NCBI GenBank assembly: GCA_964244895.1
Contig: CAXTKV010000009.1
Coordinates: 1 to 52,113 of the forward strand
Origin: an uncultured Deinococcales bacterium
GTDB taxonomy: Bacteria > Deinococcota > Deinococci > Deinococcales > JAAFIG01
Direction: 5' to 3'
Length of the DNA: 52,113 nt
Shown one piece after another: positions 9,150 through 19,518 of the stretch. Below the pieces are notes generated by a model. The model made no database searches. It was not told where the DNA came from and was given only the letters and a program-made list of their open reading frames with translations. Position numbers and translations under genes: made by a program. Within the stretch, counting starts at the first letter, position 1, and each line of letters begins with the position of its first letter.

Positions 9150-10480
9150 CGCCACCGCCTCCAATCGAGCGCCTCGCGCAGCGTCCACGATTCGGGTTCA
9201 TTCACGGGCCGCAGAAAGCGCCAGGCTTGCGTCCGCAGCACCGCGCTGACCACGATCAGCGAGTGGTACGCCGTCCACTGGTAGCCGAAGAGGTTGCCCG
9301 TACCGAACCTCGAGAAGCCGTCCAGCAGCACGCCGGACGCGAATCCGCCGATGAATCCCGCCAGCCCGGTGACGGCAGAGAGAACGGCGATGAAGCTGGC
9401 GCGGTTGTCGCGGGGCGCGCTGGCGAGCGCCAGGTTGAACTGCGCCGGGTTGATCGCACCCCAGATCAGCGCGTCCACCACGCCCGCCAGCCAGATCGGC
9501 CAGAGGTTCCCCGGCGTGGCCAGCAACCAGGTGAACGGCAGCAGCGTGCCCGCCCCGATGGTCGTGAATTCCAGCACGGGTTTGGTACCGATCCGATCCG
9601 CGATCCGGCCCCAGATCGGCGCGAGCACCAGCGCGGACACGGACGCGATCACGATCCAGATGGCAATTTGCGTGTAGGTCATGCGCAGGTGTTTCAGGAA
9701 GTACGGGATCACGAACGGCGCGGACACCAGCACCGCGAAGGTCCAGTAGGACGCGAACACCAGGTAGCGCCTGAAGTTCTCGTCTCGGAATGGCACCGCG
9801 AAGGTTTCCTTGAGCGGCAAGCGGGCGGCGGTCACGGGCGGTTCGGAGTGCGTCAACAGCAGCACAGCCGCGATGCAGCCCGCGATCACGGCAGCGCCCA
9901 GCACGACCTGGAAGCTCACGGGCGCAGCCACCGCATCCACGAACGCACCCGCCAAGAGCGTCGCCAACATGCCGACGACACCGTGGACGCCGCTGCGGAA
10001 CCCGAAGTACCGTCCGCGTTCCTTGGGCGGCACGACATCTCCGATCCAGGCCGTCCAGAGCGTGCCGTTGCCCGCCAGGAAAATGCTGGAAACGCCAATC
10101 ATGGCGATCAAGAGCGGCACCCGCGCCGCGTCCGAAGCGATCAGGGGCAGCACCACCGCGAACGCCCAGACGATCCGCCCGATCAGGGCCGTGGCGACCG
10201 CCAGGTACTTGCGCCGCCCCGCGCGTCCCGCCAGCCAGGCCACGAACGGCGTCAGCACCTGTCCCAGCAGTGGCACGCTCGAGATCAAACCCAGCTCGAA
10301 CGGGGTCGCACCCATGAAAAGCGCGTAGCCAGTCAGGATGCTGCCCTGCGTCCAGTTGATGAACAGCATCGAGAATCCGCCCTCGAGCACGGAGAGGTTC
10401 ATGGTGCGTTTCGCGTCGGCCTCGGTGAAATCGGGGCCGGGTTTCATGGCGCGTTTGATGATGGAAAAGTAATCGCGCAC
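9146..10480 (-). CDS. MFS transporter
   Basis: About 12 TM helices; WGRIADRIGTK motif A; ERGRYFG. Confidence 0.9.
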   Translation of the reverse strand: MRDYFSIIKRAMKPGPDFTEADAKRTMNLSVLEGGFSMLFINWTQGSILTGYALFMGATPFELGLISSVPLLGQVLTPFVAWLAGRAGRRKYLAVATALIGRIVWAFAVVLPLIASDAARVPLLIAMIGVSSIFLAGNGTLWTAWIGDVVPPKERGRYFGFRSGVHGVVGMLATLLAGAFVDAVAAPVSFQVVLGAAVIAGCIAAVLLLTHSEPPVTAARLPLKETFAVPFRDENFRRYLVFASYWTFAVLVSAPFVIPYFLKHLRMTYTQIAIWIVIASVSALVLAPIWGRIADRIGTKPVLEFTTIGAGTLLPFTWLLATPGNLWPIWLAGVVDALIWGAINPAQFNLALASAPRDNRASFIAVLSAVTGLAGFIGGFASGVLLDGFSRFGTGNLFGYQWTAYHSLIVVSAVLRTQAWRFLRPVNEPESWTLREALDWRRWR

Positions 10481-10886
10481 GCGGGCAGTCTACCGCCCAG
10501 CTTTTGCTGTGGCTCGAGTCCAAATCGGTGCGCGCGCAGCCGAGATCCAAGCGCAGACCGTTCTGGACGGCGTTTCCTCGAGTCCAGGAAGTACCGTCTG
10601 GGACGGCCCGTTGATGTTTGGCTCTGGGCTCGCATATGCTCCATTCATGCGGATCGAGTTCGCGCGGTTCGAGGTTCTGGTGCGTTTCACCTATCGCATC
10701 CCAGGCTTGCATTGACCGGGGATCTGTTTGTTATTGTGGCGTTCAGGAATTGGCAAACATCTCGACCAAATTTCGATGAAATGTTTCAACAGCACCGACG
10801 GAACGCGCCCAGCGTTCGACCAGACCGTGACACCTGACCAGGATTGACCCGTTACCGCGTCAATTCTGAGAACCACCGGAGGCCGA

Positions 10887-11699
10887 ATGACCCAGTCACA
10901 GTTGAGCGCGACCGCCACGACACCATCGACCGATGCACTGGTGAGCGTCAAAAACGTCGATAAGCGCTACCAGAACGGCACCTTGGCGCTCGAGCAGATC
11001 AATCTCGAGGTGCGCGCTGGGGAGTTCATCTCGCTGGTCGGGCCGTCAGGTTGCGGAAAATCGACGCTGCTCAGGATCATCGCCGGGCTGGGCGACGCCT
11101 CGAACGGCGAGGTCGCGGTCAACGGCCAGAAACCGGGCAGTTCTCAGGCGCGCGGGCTGGCGTCCTTCGTGTTCCAGGAAGCGACCCTGCTGCCGTGGCG
11201 CACCGTGCGACACAACGTCGAATTGCCGTTGGAATTGCAGGACATCCCGAAAGAAACCTGGAAGGCCACCGTCGACGAGGCGCTCGAGCTGGTCGGATTG
11301 AGCGCCTTCGAGAAAGCCTTCCCGCGCGAGTTGTCCGGCGGCATGAAAATGCGCGTCAGCATCGCGCGCGCCCTGGTGACCAAACCCAAGTTGCTGCTGA
11401 TGGACGAACCCTTCGGTGCGCTCGACGAGATCACGCGCCAGCGCCTGAACGCGGATTTGTTGCGACTGAAGGATTTAACCGGCGCGACCGTCGTGTTCGT
11501 GACGCACAACATGTTCGAGGCGGTTTTTTTGTCCAGCCGGATCGCAGTCATGAGCCGCCAGCCGGGGCGTTTCGTGGCGATGGTCGACGTGCCCGCGCCG
11601 TACCCCAGAGTGAGCGAATTCCGGGGTTCGGACGTGTTCGGTCAGACCGTGCTGAACGTGGAAAAGGCTTTAGAGGCCGGTTCTGGCGGTCAGCATTAG
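10887..11699 (+). CDS. ABC transporter ATP-binding protein (NitT/TauT/SsuB type)
   Basis: GPSGCGKST, LSGGMKMR, LLLMDEPFGALD. Confidence 0.93.
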   Translation: MTQSQLSATATTPSTDALVSVKNVDKRYQNGTLALEQINLEVRAGEFISLVGPSGCGKSTLLRIIAGLGDASNGEVAVNGQKPGSSQARGLASFVFQEATLLPWRTVRHNVELPLELQDIPKETWKATVDEALELVGLSAFEKAFPRELSGGMKMRVSIARALVTKPKLLLMDEPFGALDEITRQRLNADLLRLKDLTGATVVFVTHNMFEAVFLSSRIAVMSRQPGRFVAMVDVPAPYPRVSEFRGSDVFGQTVLNVEKALEAGSGGQH

Positions 11700-11768
11700 C
11701 CCGTTCAGGATCGAGCAGGTGCGAGCGCCGAACCACCCCCAAATCCAACGCCCCGAGAAGGAGTCACG

Positions 11769-12620
11769 ATGACCACCAACGATGTCCGCAGCGCGATTCC
11801 CGGCAGCCTCACGACCGCTCGAGCCACGAAACGCCCCTCAAAATTCCTCGAGACGTACTTGCCGCCGATCATCGGTTTTCTGGTATTCATCGCGGTCTGG
11901 CAGATCGGCGTGAGCGTCTCCAGGGTCAAGCCTTTCATCGTGCCGGGGCCGCTGGACGTGGTCAACGGTTTCATTGAAAACAGGGTCAACCTGTTCGATT
12001 CCGCCGTGACTTCGGCGGGTGAAGCGGTGGTCGGGTTCGTGATCGCGGGCGTGCTGGGCGCGCTGATCGCGTTCTTGCTGGCCAGCAACAAACTGATCGA
12101 GCGCACCTTTTACCCGTATGCGGTCATGCTTCAGGCCACGCCGATCATCGCGATTGCGCCGATCATCATCATCTGGTTCGACGTGGGCTTCAACAGCATC
12201 GTGGTGATCACGGTGATCGTATCGATCTTTCCGATCATCGCCAACACCACCCAGGGCCTGATCAGCGTGGATCACAACCTGGTGAATCTCTTCAAGCTCT
12301 ACGGCGCGCGCAGCCTGCGGACGCTCTGGAAGTTGCGCTTGCCGTTCGCGCTGCCGTACCTGATCACCGGCTTGCGGATCGCGGCGGGCCTGACGATCAT
12401 CGGCACGATCGTCGGCGAGTACATGGCGGGCATGGGCGGCGGTCACGGCGGCTTGGGCTTCACGATCGCCGAAGCCGCGCGCCATTTCCAGACCGCCTAC
12501 CTGTTCGCTGCGGCGCTGACCTCCGCGATGCTGGGCGTGAGCTTCTTTCTGGCGGTCAACCTGGCCGGGTACTTGCTCTTGCGCAACTGGCACGAGAGCG
12601 CCGTCAAACAAGAAAACTAG
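11769..12620 (+). CDS. ABC transporter permease (NitT/TauT/SsuC type)
   Basis: QATPIIAIAP, YGA...KLRLPFALPYLITGLRIA and GGLG motifs. Confidence 0.92.
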   Translation: MTTNDVRSAIPGSLTTARATKRPSKFLETYLPPIIGFLVFIAVWQIGVSVSRVKPFIVPGPLDVVNGFIENRVNLFDSAVTSAGEAVVGFVIAGVLGALIAFLLASNKLIERTFYPYAVMLQATPIIAIAPIIIIWFDVGFNSIVVITVIVSIFPIIANTTQGLISVDHNLVNLFKLYGARSLRTLWKLRLPFALPYLITGLRIAAGLTIIGTIVGEYMAGMGGGHGGLGFTIAEAARHFQTAYLFAAALTSAMLGVSFFLAVNLAGYLLLRNWHESAVKQEN

Positions 12621-12682
12621 ACGCCGACTGGCATATCGCTTATTCCCGACCCCGCATTCTCGAGCACCCCTGAGGAGGGCGT

Positions 12683-13666
12683 ATGAAAAAAGTGGTTCGC
12701 GCAGGTATCGCAGGTCTGGCCATCGCCGCAGCCGGAGGCGCGCTGATCGCGCAGCAGACGGGCGCACAATCGATGACGGAAGTCAGCTTCATCCTGAACT
12801 GGTTCGTCGAACCGCCGCACGGCGGGTACTACGCCGCCATGAAGGACGGGCTTTACGAGAAAGCGGGCCTCAAGGTCAAGCTGATTCCGGGCGGCCCGGA
12901 CGTGGCCGGGCAGACCCTGCTGGCGGCGGGCAAGGTGCAATTCGCCGAGACCGACCCGCCCGCCGTGCTGAACGCGCGCGCGCAGGGCGCACCGTTGGTG
13001 TCCGTCTTCGCCACCTTTCAGGATTCGCCGCAGTGCTTCTTGTACCACAAGGAAAACCCGGTCAAGAGCTTCGCCGATTTCAAGGGCCGTACCGTCGAGG
13101 TCAGCCCCGGCGCGCCCTTCTGGGATTTCATCGAGGCCAAATACAACCTCAAAGGCCAGTACAAGCGCATCAATTACGGCGGTCAGATGGGGCCGTTCGT
13201 GCAGGACAAGACGCGCTTGACACAGTGCTACGCCATCGCCGAACCGTTCGATCTCGAGAAGCAGGGTGTGGATTTCGGTGTGTTCCTGGTGGCCGAATCG
13301 GGCTTCGATCCTTACGTGACCATCTCCACCACCGAGGACTACATCAAGTCCAATCCCGAGACCATCAAGGCGTTCATCGGTGCGACCCAGGAAGGCTGGA
13401 AGCGGTACCTGAAAAACCCGGCCAACTACGAGGACGCGCTCCAGTCCGGCAACAAGGATCTGAAATCCGATTACATGAAGTGGGGTTCCAAGCAGGTCGG
13501 GCGTTACGTGATGGGCGTGGACGGCGTGACCGCCAAGGCGGGCATCGGTGCGATGACGGACGCGCGCTGGAAGTCGATGGCCGATCAGTTGCTGTCCGTC
13601 GGCGTGCTGAAGAAGGCCGCCGATTGGAAGAGCGCCTACTCGAATAGCTTTCTGCCCAAGCCCTGA
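12683..13666 (+). CDS. ABC substrate-binding protein, NMT1/THI5-like
   Basis: Signal peptide; LNWFVEPPHGGYYAA...GLYEKAGLKVKLIPGGP signature. Confidence 0.88.
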   Translation: MKKVVRAGIAGLAIAAAGGALIAQQTGAQSMTEVSFILNWFVEPPHGGYYAAMKDGLYEKAGLKVKLIPGGPDVAGQTLLAAGKVQFAETDPPAVLNARAQGAPLVSVFATFQDSPQCFLYHKENPVKSFADFKGRTVEVSPGAPFWDFIEAKYNLKGQYKRINYGGQMGPFVQDKTRLTQCYAIAEPFDLEKQGVDFGVFLVAESGFDPYVTISTTEDYIKSNPETIKAFIGATQEGWKRYLKNPANYEDALQSGNKDLKSDYMKWGSKQVGRYVMGVDGVTAKAGIGAMTDARWKSMADQLLSVGVLKKAADWKSAYSNSFLPKP

Positions 13667-13722
13667 GGCTCGAGCCACGAGGCTGATCGTGGGGGCGGCA
13701 TTTGAGCGCCGCCCCCATCCAT

Positions 13723-13778
13723 GACACCGTCCTGCACGCAAGAGTGAACGCTCGAGAAACACCGTCCTGGACGGTCTC
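13723..13778. repeat. Family A repeat
   Basis: GACACCGTCCTGCACGCA followed by AAACACCGTCCTGGACGGTCTC; preceded by a GC hairpin at 13691-13716. Confidence 0.7.
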
Positions 13779-13802
13779 GCTCGAACCACAGGAGAAAACC
13801 GC

Positions 13803-14288
13803 GTGAGCATCGGCCCCCTCGTTCTCGATTTGCTGACCTTGAAGCAGGGCATCGTGCTGATGTGGGCCGTCTGGATGAGCCTGGTCGTGTTGCTGAACGT
13901 ACTGGACGCGCTCAAAATGAGCGGTCGCTTGCCGCCGAGTTGGAAGTTCGCCAGCGGGAATTTCTGGTACATCGGTCAGGTCACCAAAATTTACGGAACG
14001 CCCGCCTGGATCAACTGGGTTTTTTTCGTGATCGTGATCGCCTGGGAAACCTTGGGTTCAATCATGCTCTGGGTCGCGCTGGTCGGTTTCGACGGCTCGA
14101 GCTACGCGATGCTGAACTCCGCCTGGGTGATCAACCTGGCCCTGTGGGCCGCGTTCATCGTGATGGACGAGATCTTTCTGGCCTGGGCCGCAGAGATCGG
14201 CAACAGCAACGCCATGGACGCCCACCGGAGTTTGTTCGTGGCGTGGCTGGTCAGTCTGATGGCGATTCACCTGCTTCCGAACGTCTGA
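13803..14288 (+). CDS. Four-TM membrane protein of unknown function
   Basis: AGGAG RBS, four hydrophobic segments, host-like codon use, located inside the operon. Confidence 0.75.
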   Translation: MSIGPLVLDLLTLKQGIVLMWAVWMSLVVLLNVLDALKMSGRLPPSWKFASGNFWYIGQVTKIYGTPAWINWVFFVIVIAWETLGSIMLWVALVGFDGSSYAMLNSAWVINLALWAAFIVMDEIFLAWAAEIGNSNAMDAHRSLFVAWLVSLMAIHLLPNV

Positions 14289-14449
14289 TTCGAGCAGTGC
14301 CCATCGACGTGTAAATCGAGCAGCCCCAACCGACGTTTACTTCTCCGTTGTTCTCGAGAACACCGTCCTAGACGTAGATATTGAACACCATCACAGACGG
14401 TATTTGCATACGACCCTTCAAACTCGAGAAGCGCAACATGGGATGAACA

Positions 14450-15229
14450 ATGAACCGATTCTTACCGAGCATGACCTGGACGCAAATCAAAGACCTCGAC
14501 AAGCAGGAGGGCGCGCTGGTGCTGCCGATTGGCGCAATCGAGCAGCACGGGCCGCACCTGCCGACCTGGACGGACGCGTTGATCGCGGAACGCATGGTGC
14601 AGTTGGCGCTGGAACGCCTGCCTGACTCGGCCAAAGTCTGGCGGCTGCCCGTGCAAAGTTACGGCAAATCGAACGAACACGCGGGCTACGCGGGGACGTT
14701 CGCGCTGTCCGCCAGCACGCTGATGGCGGTCGTGCGGGACATCGCGCTCGGTGCGAAACTGGCGGGCTTCCGACGGCTGGTGTTCGTCAACGCGCACGGC
14801 GGCAACACGGCGTTGTTGCAGATGATGGCACGAGAAATCCGGGTCGAGACGGGATTGATGGTCTTCACGATGGCCTCGAGCGCGGGCGCAATTGACCCGA
14901 TTGAGATCACGCCCGAGGAAGCCCGTTTCGGAATTCACGCCAACGATTGGGAGACCAGCATCGTGCTGGCGCTCGAACCGGAACTGGTTCACATGGACGA
15001 GGCCGTCAGAAGCTTCCCGGAATTTCCGCAGACGCAGAACCTGAGCTTGACGCAGGGCAACGCGGTCGTGGCCTGGCTGACGCGCGACTGGAGCCCCACG
15101 GGCGTGTTCGGCGACGCGACCGTCGCGACGCTCGAGAAGGGTCGGGCCAGGCTCGAGGCGTGCGTGGTCAAGCTGGCCGAGGTGCTCGAGGAGATCAGCC
15201 GTTTTGAAATCCCGGAGGCGAAACCGTGA
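14450..15229 (+). CDS. Creatininase-family amidohydrolase
   Basis: PIGAIEQHGPHLPTWTD, SNEH, NAHGGN and HANDWETS motifs. Confidence 0.92.
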   Translation: MNRFLPSMTWTQIKDLDKQEGALVLPIGAIEQHGPHLPTWTDALIAERMVQLALERLPDSAKVWRLPVQSYGKSNEHAGYAGTFALSASTLMAVVRDIALGAKLAGFRRLVFVNAHGGNTALLQMMAREIRVETGLMVFTMASSAGAIDPIEITPEEARFGIHANDWETSIVLALEPELVHMDEAVRSFPEFPQTQNLSLTQGNAVVAWLTRDWSPTGVFGDATVATLEKGRARLEACVVKLAEVLEEISRFEIPEAKP

Positions 15230-15239
15230 GGAGGGCGGC

Positions 15240-16475
15240 GTGAACGCGGCCTGGGTGCTGCGCGACGCGCGGCTCGAGGACGAGGCGCTGGTGGACATTG
15301 CGCTCGAGGGCGGTCGGATCGTGGCGATCGGGCAAAAGCTGCCGATCGCCGGCCTCGAGGAACGCGATCTGGCGGGCCGCACCGTGCTGCCGGGACTGGT
15401 CGAGGCGCACTGTCACGTCGATAAAAACTTGACGATTGATCGGGTCGGCAACGCGTCCGGGACGCTTCTGGAGGCCATCGAGAGGTGGATCGCCTTCAAA
15501 CCCAATCTGACGAAATCCGATTACCTGGAGCGCGGCGCGCGCGGCCTCGAGATGGCGATTGCGGCGGGCACGACGACGCTGCGAACGCACGTGGACGTGG
15601 ACGCGAACGGCTTCGCGGCGCTCGAGGCGCTGCTAGAACTGAAAAGCCGCTATTCCGATGCGCTCGAGATTCAGATCGTGGCGCTGGGCGCACCGGGGCT
15701 GGGCGGCGCGCCATTGGAGGCGATGATCCGTGCGCTCGAGCTGGGGGCGGATGTCGTCGGCGGTTGCCCCGCGATCCACGCCGACCCGATGGCGGAAGTC
15801 GCGGCGGCGCTCGATCTGGCATCGCGCTTCGACAAACCCGCCGATCTTCACGTCGACGAGAACGAGCGCCCCGATTCCCTGTCGCTCGAGATGCTGGCGG
15901 ACGAGACCATCAAACGCGGGCTCGAGGGGCGCGTCACGGCGGGGCACTGCTGCTCGCTGGATTTCATGGATCAACGCGCGGCGGATCGCGTCATGGACAA
16001 GGTGGCGCGGGCGCGCATCAACATCGTGACGCTGCCCGCCTGCAATTTGAACCTTCAGGGCCGAGGCATGCACCCGACGCCGCGCGGCCTGACGCGCGTC
16101 AAGGAACTGCTGGCGCGCGGCGTGAACGTCGTGATCGGCTCGGACAACGTCCAGGATCCGTTCCACCCGGTCGGCAATTACGATCTGCTGCACGCGGCCA
16201 ACATCGCGGCGATGGCGGCGCAGATGACCAGCCGGGACGAATTGCTCGAGACGATACGGATGGTCACGAACCGGCCCGCGCATTCCTTGGGGCTCGAAGG
16301 CTACGGTCTTTTTGAAGGCGCGAGGGCGGATCTGATCGTGCTGGACGCGCATTCAAGAATTGCGTCGGTGACGGAGTTGCCGCAGCGTCTGGCGGTCTTC
16401 AAAGCGGGCAGGCTGGTCTCGAGCACGAGCCTGAAAAAAACCGTGATGGACAAAGAGGTTTCCTCGTGGACATGA
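15240..16475 (+). CDS. Cytosine-deaminase-like (COG0402) amidohydrolase 1
   Basis: PGLVEAHCHVDK, RTHVDV, LHVDE, AGHC, GSDNVQDPF motifs; start GTG15240 after GAGGAGG. Confidence 0.88.
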   Translation: MNAAWVLRDARLEDEALVDIALEGGRIVAIGQKLPIAGLEERDLAGRTVLPGLVEAHCHVDKNLTIDRVGNASGTLLEAIERWIAFKPNLTKSDYLERGARGLEMAIAAGTTTLRTHVDVDANGFAALEALLELKSRYSDALEIQIVALGAPGLGGAPLEAMIRALELGADVVGGCPAIHADPMAEVAAALDLASRFDKPADLHVDENERPDSLSLEMLADETIKRGLEGRVTAGHCCSLDFMDQRAADRVMDKVARARINIVTLPACNLNLQGRGMHPTPRGLTRVKELLARGVNVVIGSDNVQDPFHPVGNYDLLHAANIAAMAAQMTSRDELLETIRMVTNRPAHSLGLEGYGLFEGARADLIVLDAHSRIASVTELPQRLAVFKAGRLVSSTSLKKTVMDKEVSSWT

Positions 16476-17710
16476 TTCTGCGCGGAGCGCGGCTGCGATC
16501 CGGCGAGGTCGCGGACATCGGCATTTCTGACGGTGTGATCGCCGCCATCGCGCCCAGGCTCGAGGAAAACGCGAAGCTGGAGCTTCAAGCCGACGGACGG
16601 CTGACGATTCCCGCCTTTGTGAACGGGCATTTGCACGCCTGCAAAAGCTTCTGGCGCGAGCCGCTCTCGAGGCTGCATCCGGGCTTGGATGTTCGGGACG
16701 CGGGTGCGCGCTTCGCTGGCATCGCGGAAGTCAAACGGAACTACACCGTCGATGACGTGTTTCAGCGCGCGGAGGCAACCATCAAACTCGCGCTTCAGCA
16801 CGGCACCTGCGCCATCCGGTTGTTCGCGGACGTGGACGACGACGCGGGATTGCGGGCGCTCGAGGCGCTCTTGAAGATCCGGCAGAAATACGCGAGCGTC
16901 ATGACCGTGCAGGTCGTAGCCTTCCCCCAAAATGGTGTGTTCAGGCACCGATCCACGACCGAAGCCTTGATGCGCCGAGCGCTGGAATTGGACGTGGACG
17001 CGCTCGGCGGGATTCCGTGGCTGGAACCGACGGAAGAATCGCAGAAAGCGCACGTCGATCTGGTGCTCGAGCTGGCGAGATCGCGGAACCTGGACGCGCA
17101 TTTCGTGCTGGACGACACGGACGATCCCACGTCCAGAACGGCAGAATTCGTCGCGGCGCGAACCATCGAGCTGGGCCTGGAAGGTCGGGTTCACGGCACG
17201 CAGGCCAACGCGCTGGCCTATTACGACGACGCGCACGCGGCGCGCGCGATCCGGTTGATCAAGGACGCGGGCATGACGATCTTCTCGAACGCGCACGTGG
17301 CGCTCGTAACTGCACCCGCGCGGCACCAGCCGATGCCGCGCGGCATGACGCGGGTGCGCGAGTTGCTGGCGGCGGGCGTGCCCGTGGCGACCGCGCAGGA
17401 CGACATCGACAACCCGTACTACTGCTTCGGGCGCAACGACCTGCTGGAGGTCGCGCAGTACATGGCGCACCTGGCTCAGCTCGGCTGGGGCGAGGATCTG
17501 GAGGCTGTGCTCGAGATGGTCACGAGCGTTCCCGCGAAAGCCATCAAGCTCGAGGGTTACGGCCTCGAGGTCGGGAATCGTGCGAATATCCTCGTGCTGG
17601 ACGCCGCCTCGTGGCGCGAGGCGGTACAGTTTCAGTCCGAGAAATCCTTCGTGATCGTGGGCGGCAGGCTGGTGGCTCGGGGCGAGCGGAAGAGAGAATT
17701 GTATGTCTAA
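16466..17710 (+). CDS. Cytosine-deaminase-like amidohydrolase 2 with divergent active site
   Basis: PAFVNGHLHACK, QVVAFPQ, RGMTRVRELL and AQDDIDNPYY motifs; the HxDE motif and the downstream His are altered. Confidence 0.85.
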   Translation: MDMILRGARLRSGEVADIGISDGVIAAIAPRLEENAKLELQADGRLTIPAFVNGHLHACKSFWREPLSRLHPGLDVRDAGARFAGIAEVKRNYTVDDVFQRAEATIKLALQHGTCAIRLFADVDDDAGLRALEALLKIRQKYASVMTVQVVAFPQNGVFRHRSTTEALMRRALELDVDALGGIPWLEPTEESQKAHVDLVLELARSRNLDAHFVLDDTDDPTSRTAEFVAARTIELGLEGRVHGTQANALAYYDDAHAARAIRLIKDAGMTIFSNAHVALVTAPARHQPMPRGMTRVRELLAAGVPVATAQDDIDNPYYCFGRNDLLEVAQYMAHLAQLGWGEDLEAVLEMVTSVPAKAIKLEGYGLEVGNRANILVLDAASWREAVQFQSEKSFVIVGGRLVARGERKRELYV

Positions 17711-17774
17711 AGGAACACCGTCCAGCACGCACAATCTCGAGTTTCGAGGAACGTCGTCCTGGACGGTGTTCCTT
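17710..17774. repeat. Family A repeat (doublet)
   Basis: AAGGAACACCGTCCAGCACGCA...GTCCTGGACGGTGTTCCTT, abutting a stop codon. Confidence 0.85.
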
Positions 17775-17815
17775 AAGAATTCGGAACCCGAGGGCTCGCG
17801 CACACGGAGGTCGCC

Positions 17816-19225
17816 ATGAACCAACGAATCGTTACCGCACTCGAGGCCATCGTCGGCGAGGGGCAAACCTTCACCGATCCGAAATCGCTCGAGGTCTTCA
17901 GCAGGGATCATTACTGGTTTTCTCCGGTGCTGACCGCCATGCTGGAATCCAAACGCGCCGAGGTGGTGGTCGCGCCGGGGACGAAAGAGGAGCTGATCGA
18001 GGTCATCCGGCTGGCCGTGCGCGAAAGCGTGCCGCTGGTCGTGCGCGGCGCGGGTACGGGCAATTACGGTCAGGCGGTACCCCTTTCTGGCGGCATCCTG
18101 GCGAACTTGCACCGCTTGAACCGCATCCTCGAGATCGATCCAGTCACGAAAACGGCGCGCGTCGAGGCGGGCGTGCGCATGGGCGCGCTCGAACGCAAAG
18201 CGCGCGAGGTCGGGCTGGAACTGCGGATTTACCCCTCGACCTGGGCGACCTGCACCTTCGGCGGTTTCGTCGGCGGCGGCTTCGGCGGCGTGGGTTCGAT
18301 CCAGTACGGCACGCTCTGGGACGGCAACGTGCTGGGTCTCGAGGTCGTGCCGATCACCGAGGACGCCGAACCCGTGACGCTCGAGGGCTGGGATTGCGCC
18401 GCCATGATTCACGCCTACGGCACAACCGCCGTCATGACCGAACTGCGCGTGCCGCTGGCCGACGCGGTGGCCTGGGAGGAGTGCGCGATTTCATTTCCGA
18501 CGCTGGAAAACGCGATCCGTTTCGCCAGGGACGTGGCGATGGACACAAACGAACGCAAGCGCGAGATCGCCATCAACGAATGGCCGATTCCGAGTTACTT
18601 CGCGCCGCTGGTCAAGGATGGCGGCGTCAGGGATGGCCGCGCCGACGTGCTGCTCGAAATCGAGTCCGGTCGCTCGAGCGCCCTGGGCGAACGCGCCTCG
18701 AAGTACGGGGGGACGCTGGACTGGACGCGGCCTCACGCCGAATACCACGCCGCCGGGTTCAACCTGACTGATTTTGCCTGGAACCACACGACGCTCTGGG
18801 CGCTCAAAACGGAACCGACCATCACCTACCTGCAATCGCGCTTCGAGGCGGATCGCGTACTGGAGCAGGTCGCGGCCCTGAAAGAAAAGTTCGGCGACGA
18901 GATCGTGATCCACCTCGAGTTCATCCGCGAGAACATGCAGGACGGCGGAACCGTGGTGGCCGCCGGGTTGCCGCTGGTGCGTTTCACCACCAAAGAGCGC
19001 CTCTACGAGATGATCAAATTCTGCGAATCCATCGGCGTTCAGATCGCAGACCCGCACCAGTACTATCTGGACGCGGATTCCAGGTGGGCCGGGAACACCG
19101 TGCTGGAGGGCGTCAAACGCTGGAACCCGCACGGCTTATTGAACCCCGGCAAGATTCGCGTCCTGGAGACGGGTCAGGCGTTCGATGCGGGCACGTGGTT
19201 CGAGACGAGAACTCGAGTGCCCTGA
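17816..19225 (+). CDS. FAD-binding oxidoreductase (GlcD/VAO-type FAD_binding_4)
   Basis: RGAGTGNYGQ, VEAGV, TFGGFVGGG and C-terminal NPHGLLNPGK. Confidence 0.9.
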   Translation: MNQRIVTALEAIVGEGQTFTDPKSLEVFSRDHYWFSPVLTAMLESKRAEVVVAPGTKEELIEVIRLAVRESVPLVVRGAGTGNYGQAVPLSGGILANLHRLNRILEIDPVTKTARVEAGVRMGALERKAREVGLELRIYPSTWATCTFGGFVGGGFGGVGSIQYGTLWDGNVLGLEVVPITEDAEPVTLEGWDCAAMIHAYGTTAVMTELRVPLADAVAWEECAISFPTLENAIRFARDVAMDTNERKREIAINEWPIPSYFAPLVKDGGVRDGRADVLLEIESGRSSALGERASKYGGTLDWTRPHAEYHAAGFNLTDFAWNHTTLWALKTEPTITYLQSRFEADRVLEQVAALKEKFGDEIVIHLEFIRENMQDGGTVVAAGLPLVRFTTKERLYEMIKFCESIGVQIADPHQYYLDADSRWAGNTVLEGVKRWNPHGLLNPGKIRVLETGQAFDAGTWFETRTRVP

Positions 19226-19251
19226 TCAACCCGCCGCGCTCGAGCGCACGA

Positions 19252-19317
19252 TTCAGGAGCACCGTCCAGCATGGTGTTCTTGAATCATTGAAGATGTGCG
19301 TCCAGGACGGTGTTCTT
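19252..19317. repeat. Family A repeat
   Basis: GGAGCACCGTCCAGCATGGTGTTCT followed by TGCGTCCAGGACGGTGTTCTT. Confidence 0.8.
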
Positions 19318-19518
19318 GGGGTATACCGACGCGAATCTCGAGTTGTAGACGTACTGGATCGCCGATCTCGAGCGGCAACGGCGGCTCGAGATCGGTGCGG
19401 ACGGAAGGTTCCGATCCGACGAACTCGCCCGGCGCGGCAGCCCCGAGATGCGCGAGAGATTCAGTCCGCAGGTTCGCCCAGCTACGTCGCGCAGGCCCGA
19501 TCGCGGTACGATTCGCGC

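Noticed and set aside
10690..10886. TPP or purine riboswitch upstream of the THI5-like ABC operon
   Set aside because: An isolated CTGAGA and weak hairpins are present, but I could not find the rest of any riboswitch consensus. An Rfam scan would settle it.
14450..15229. Mycofactocin (mftE) or other RiPP cluster
   Set aside because: No radical SAM enzyme, RRE protein or precursor peptide nearby.
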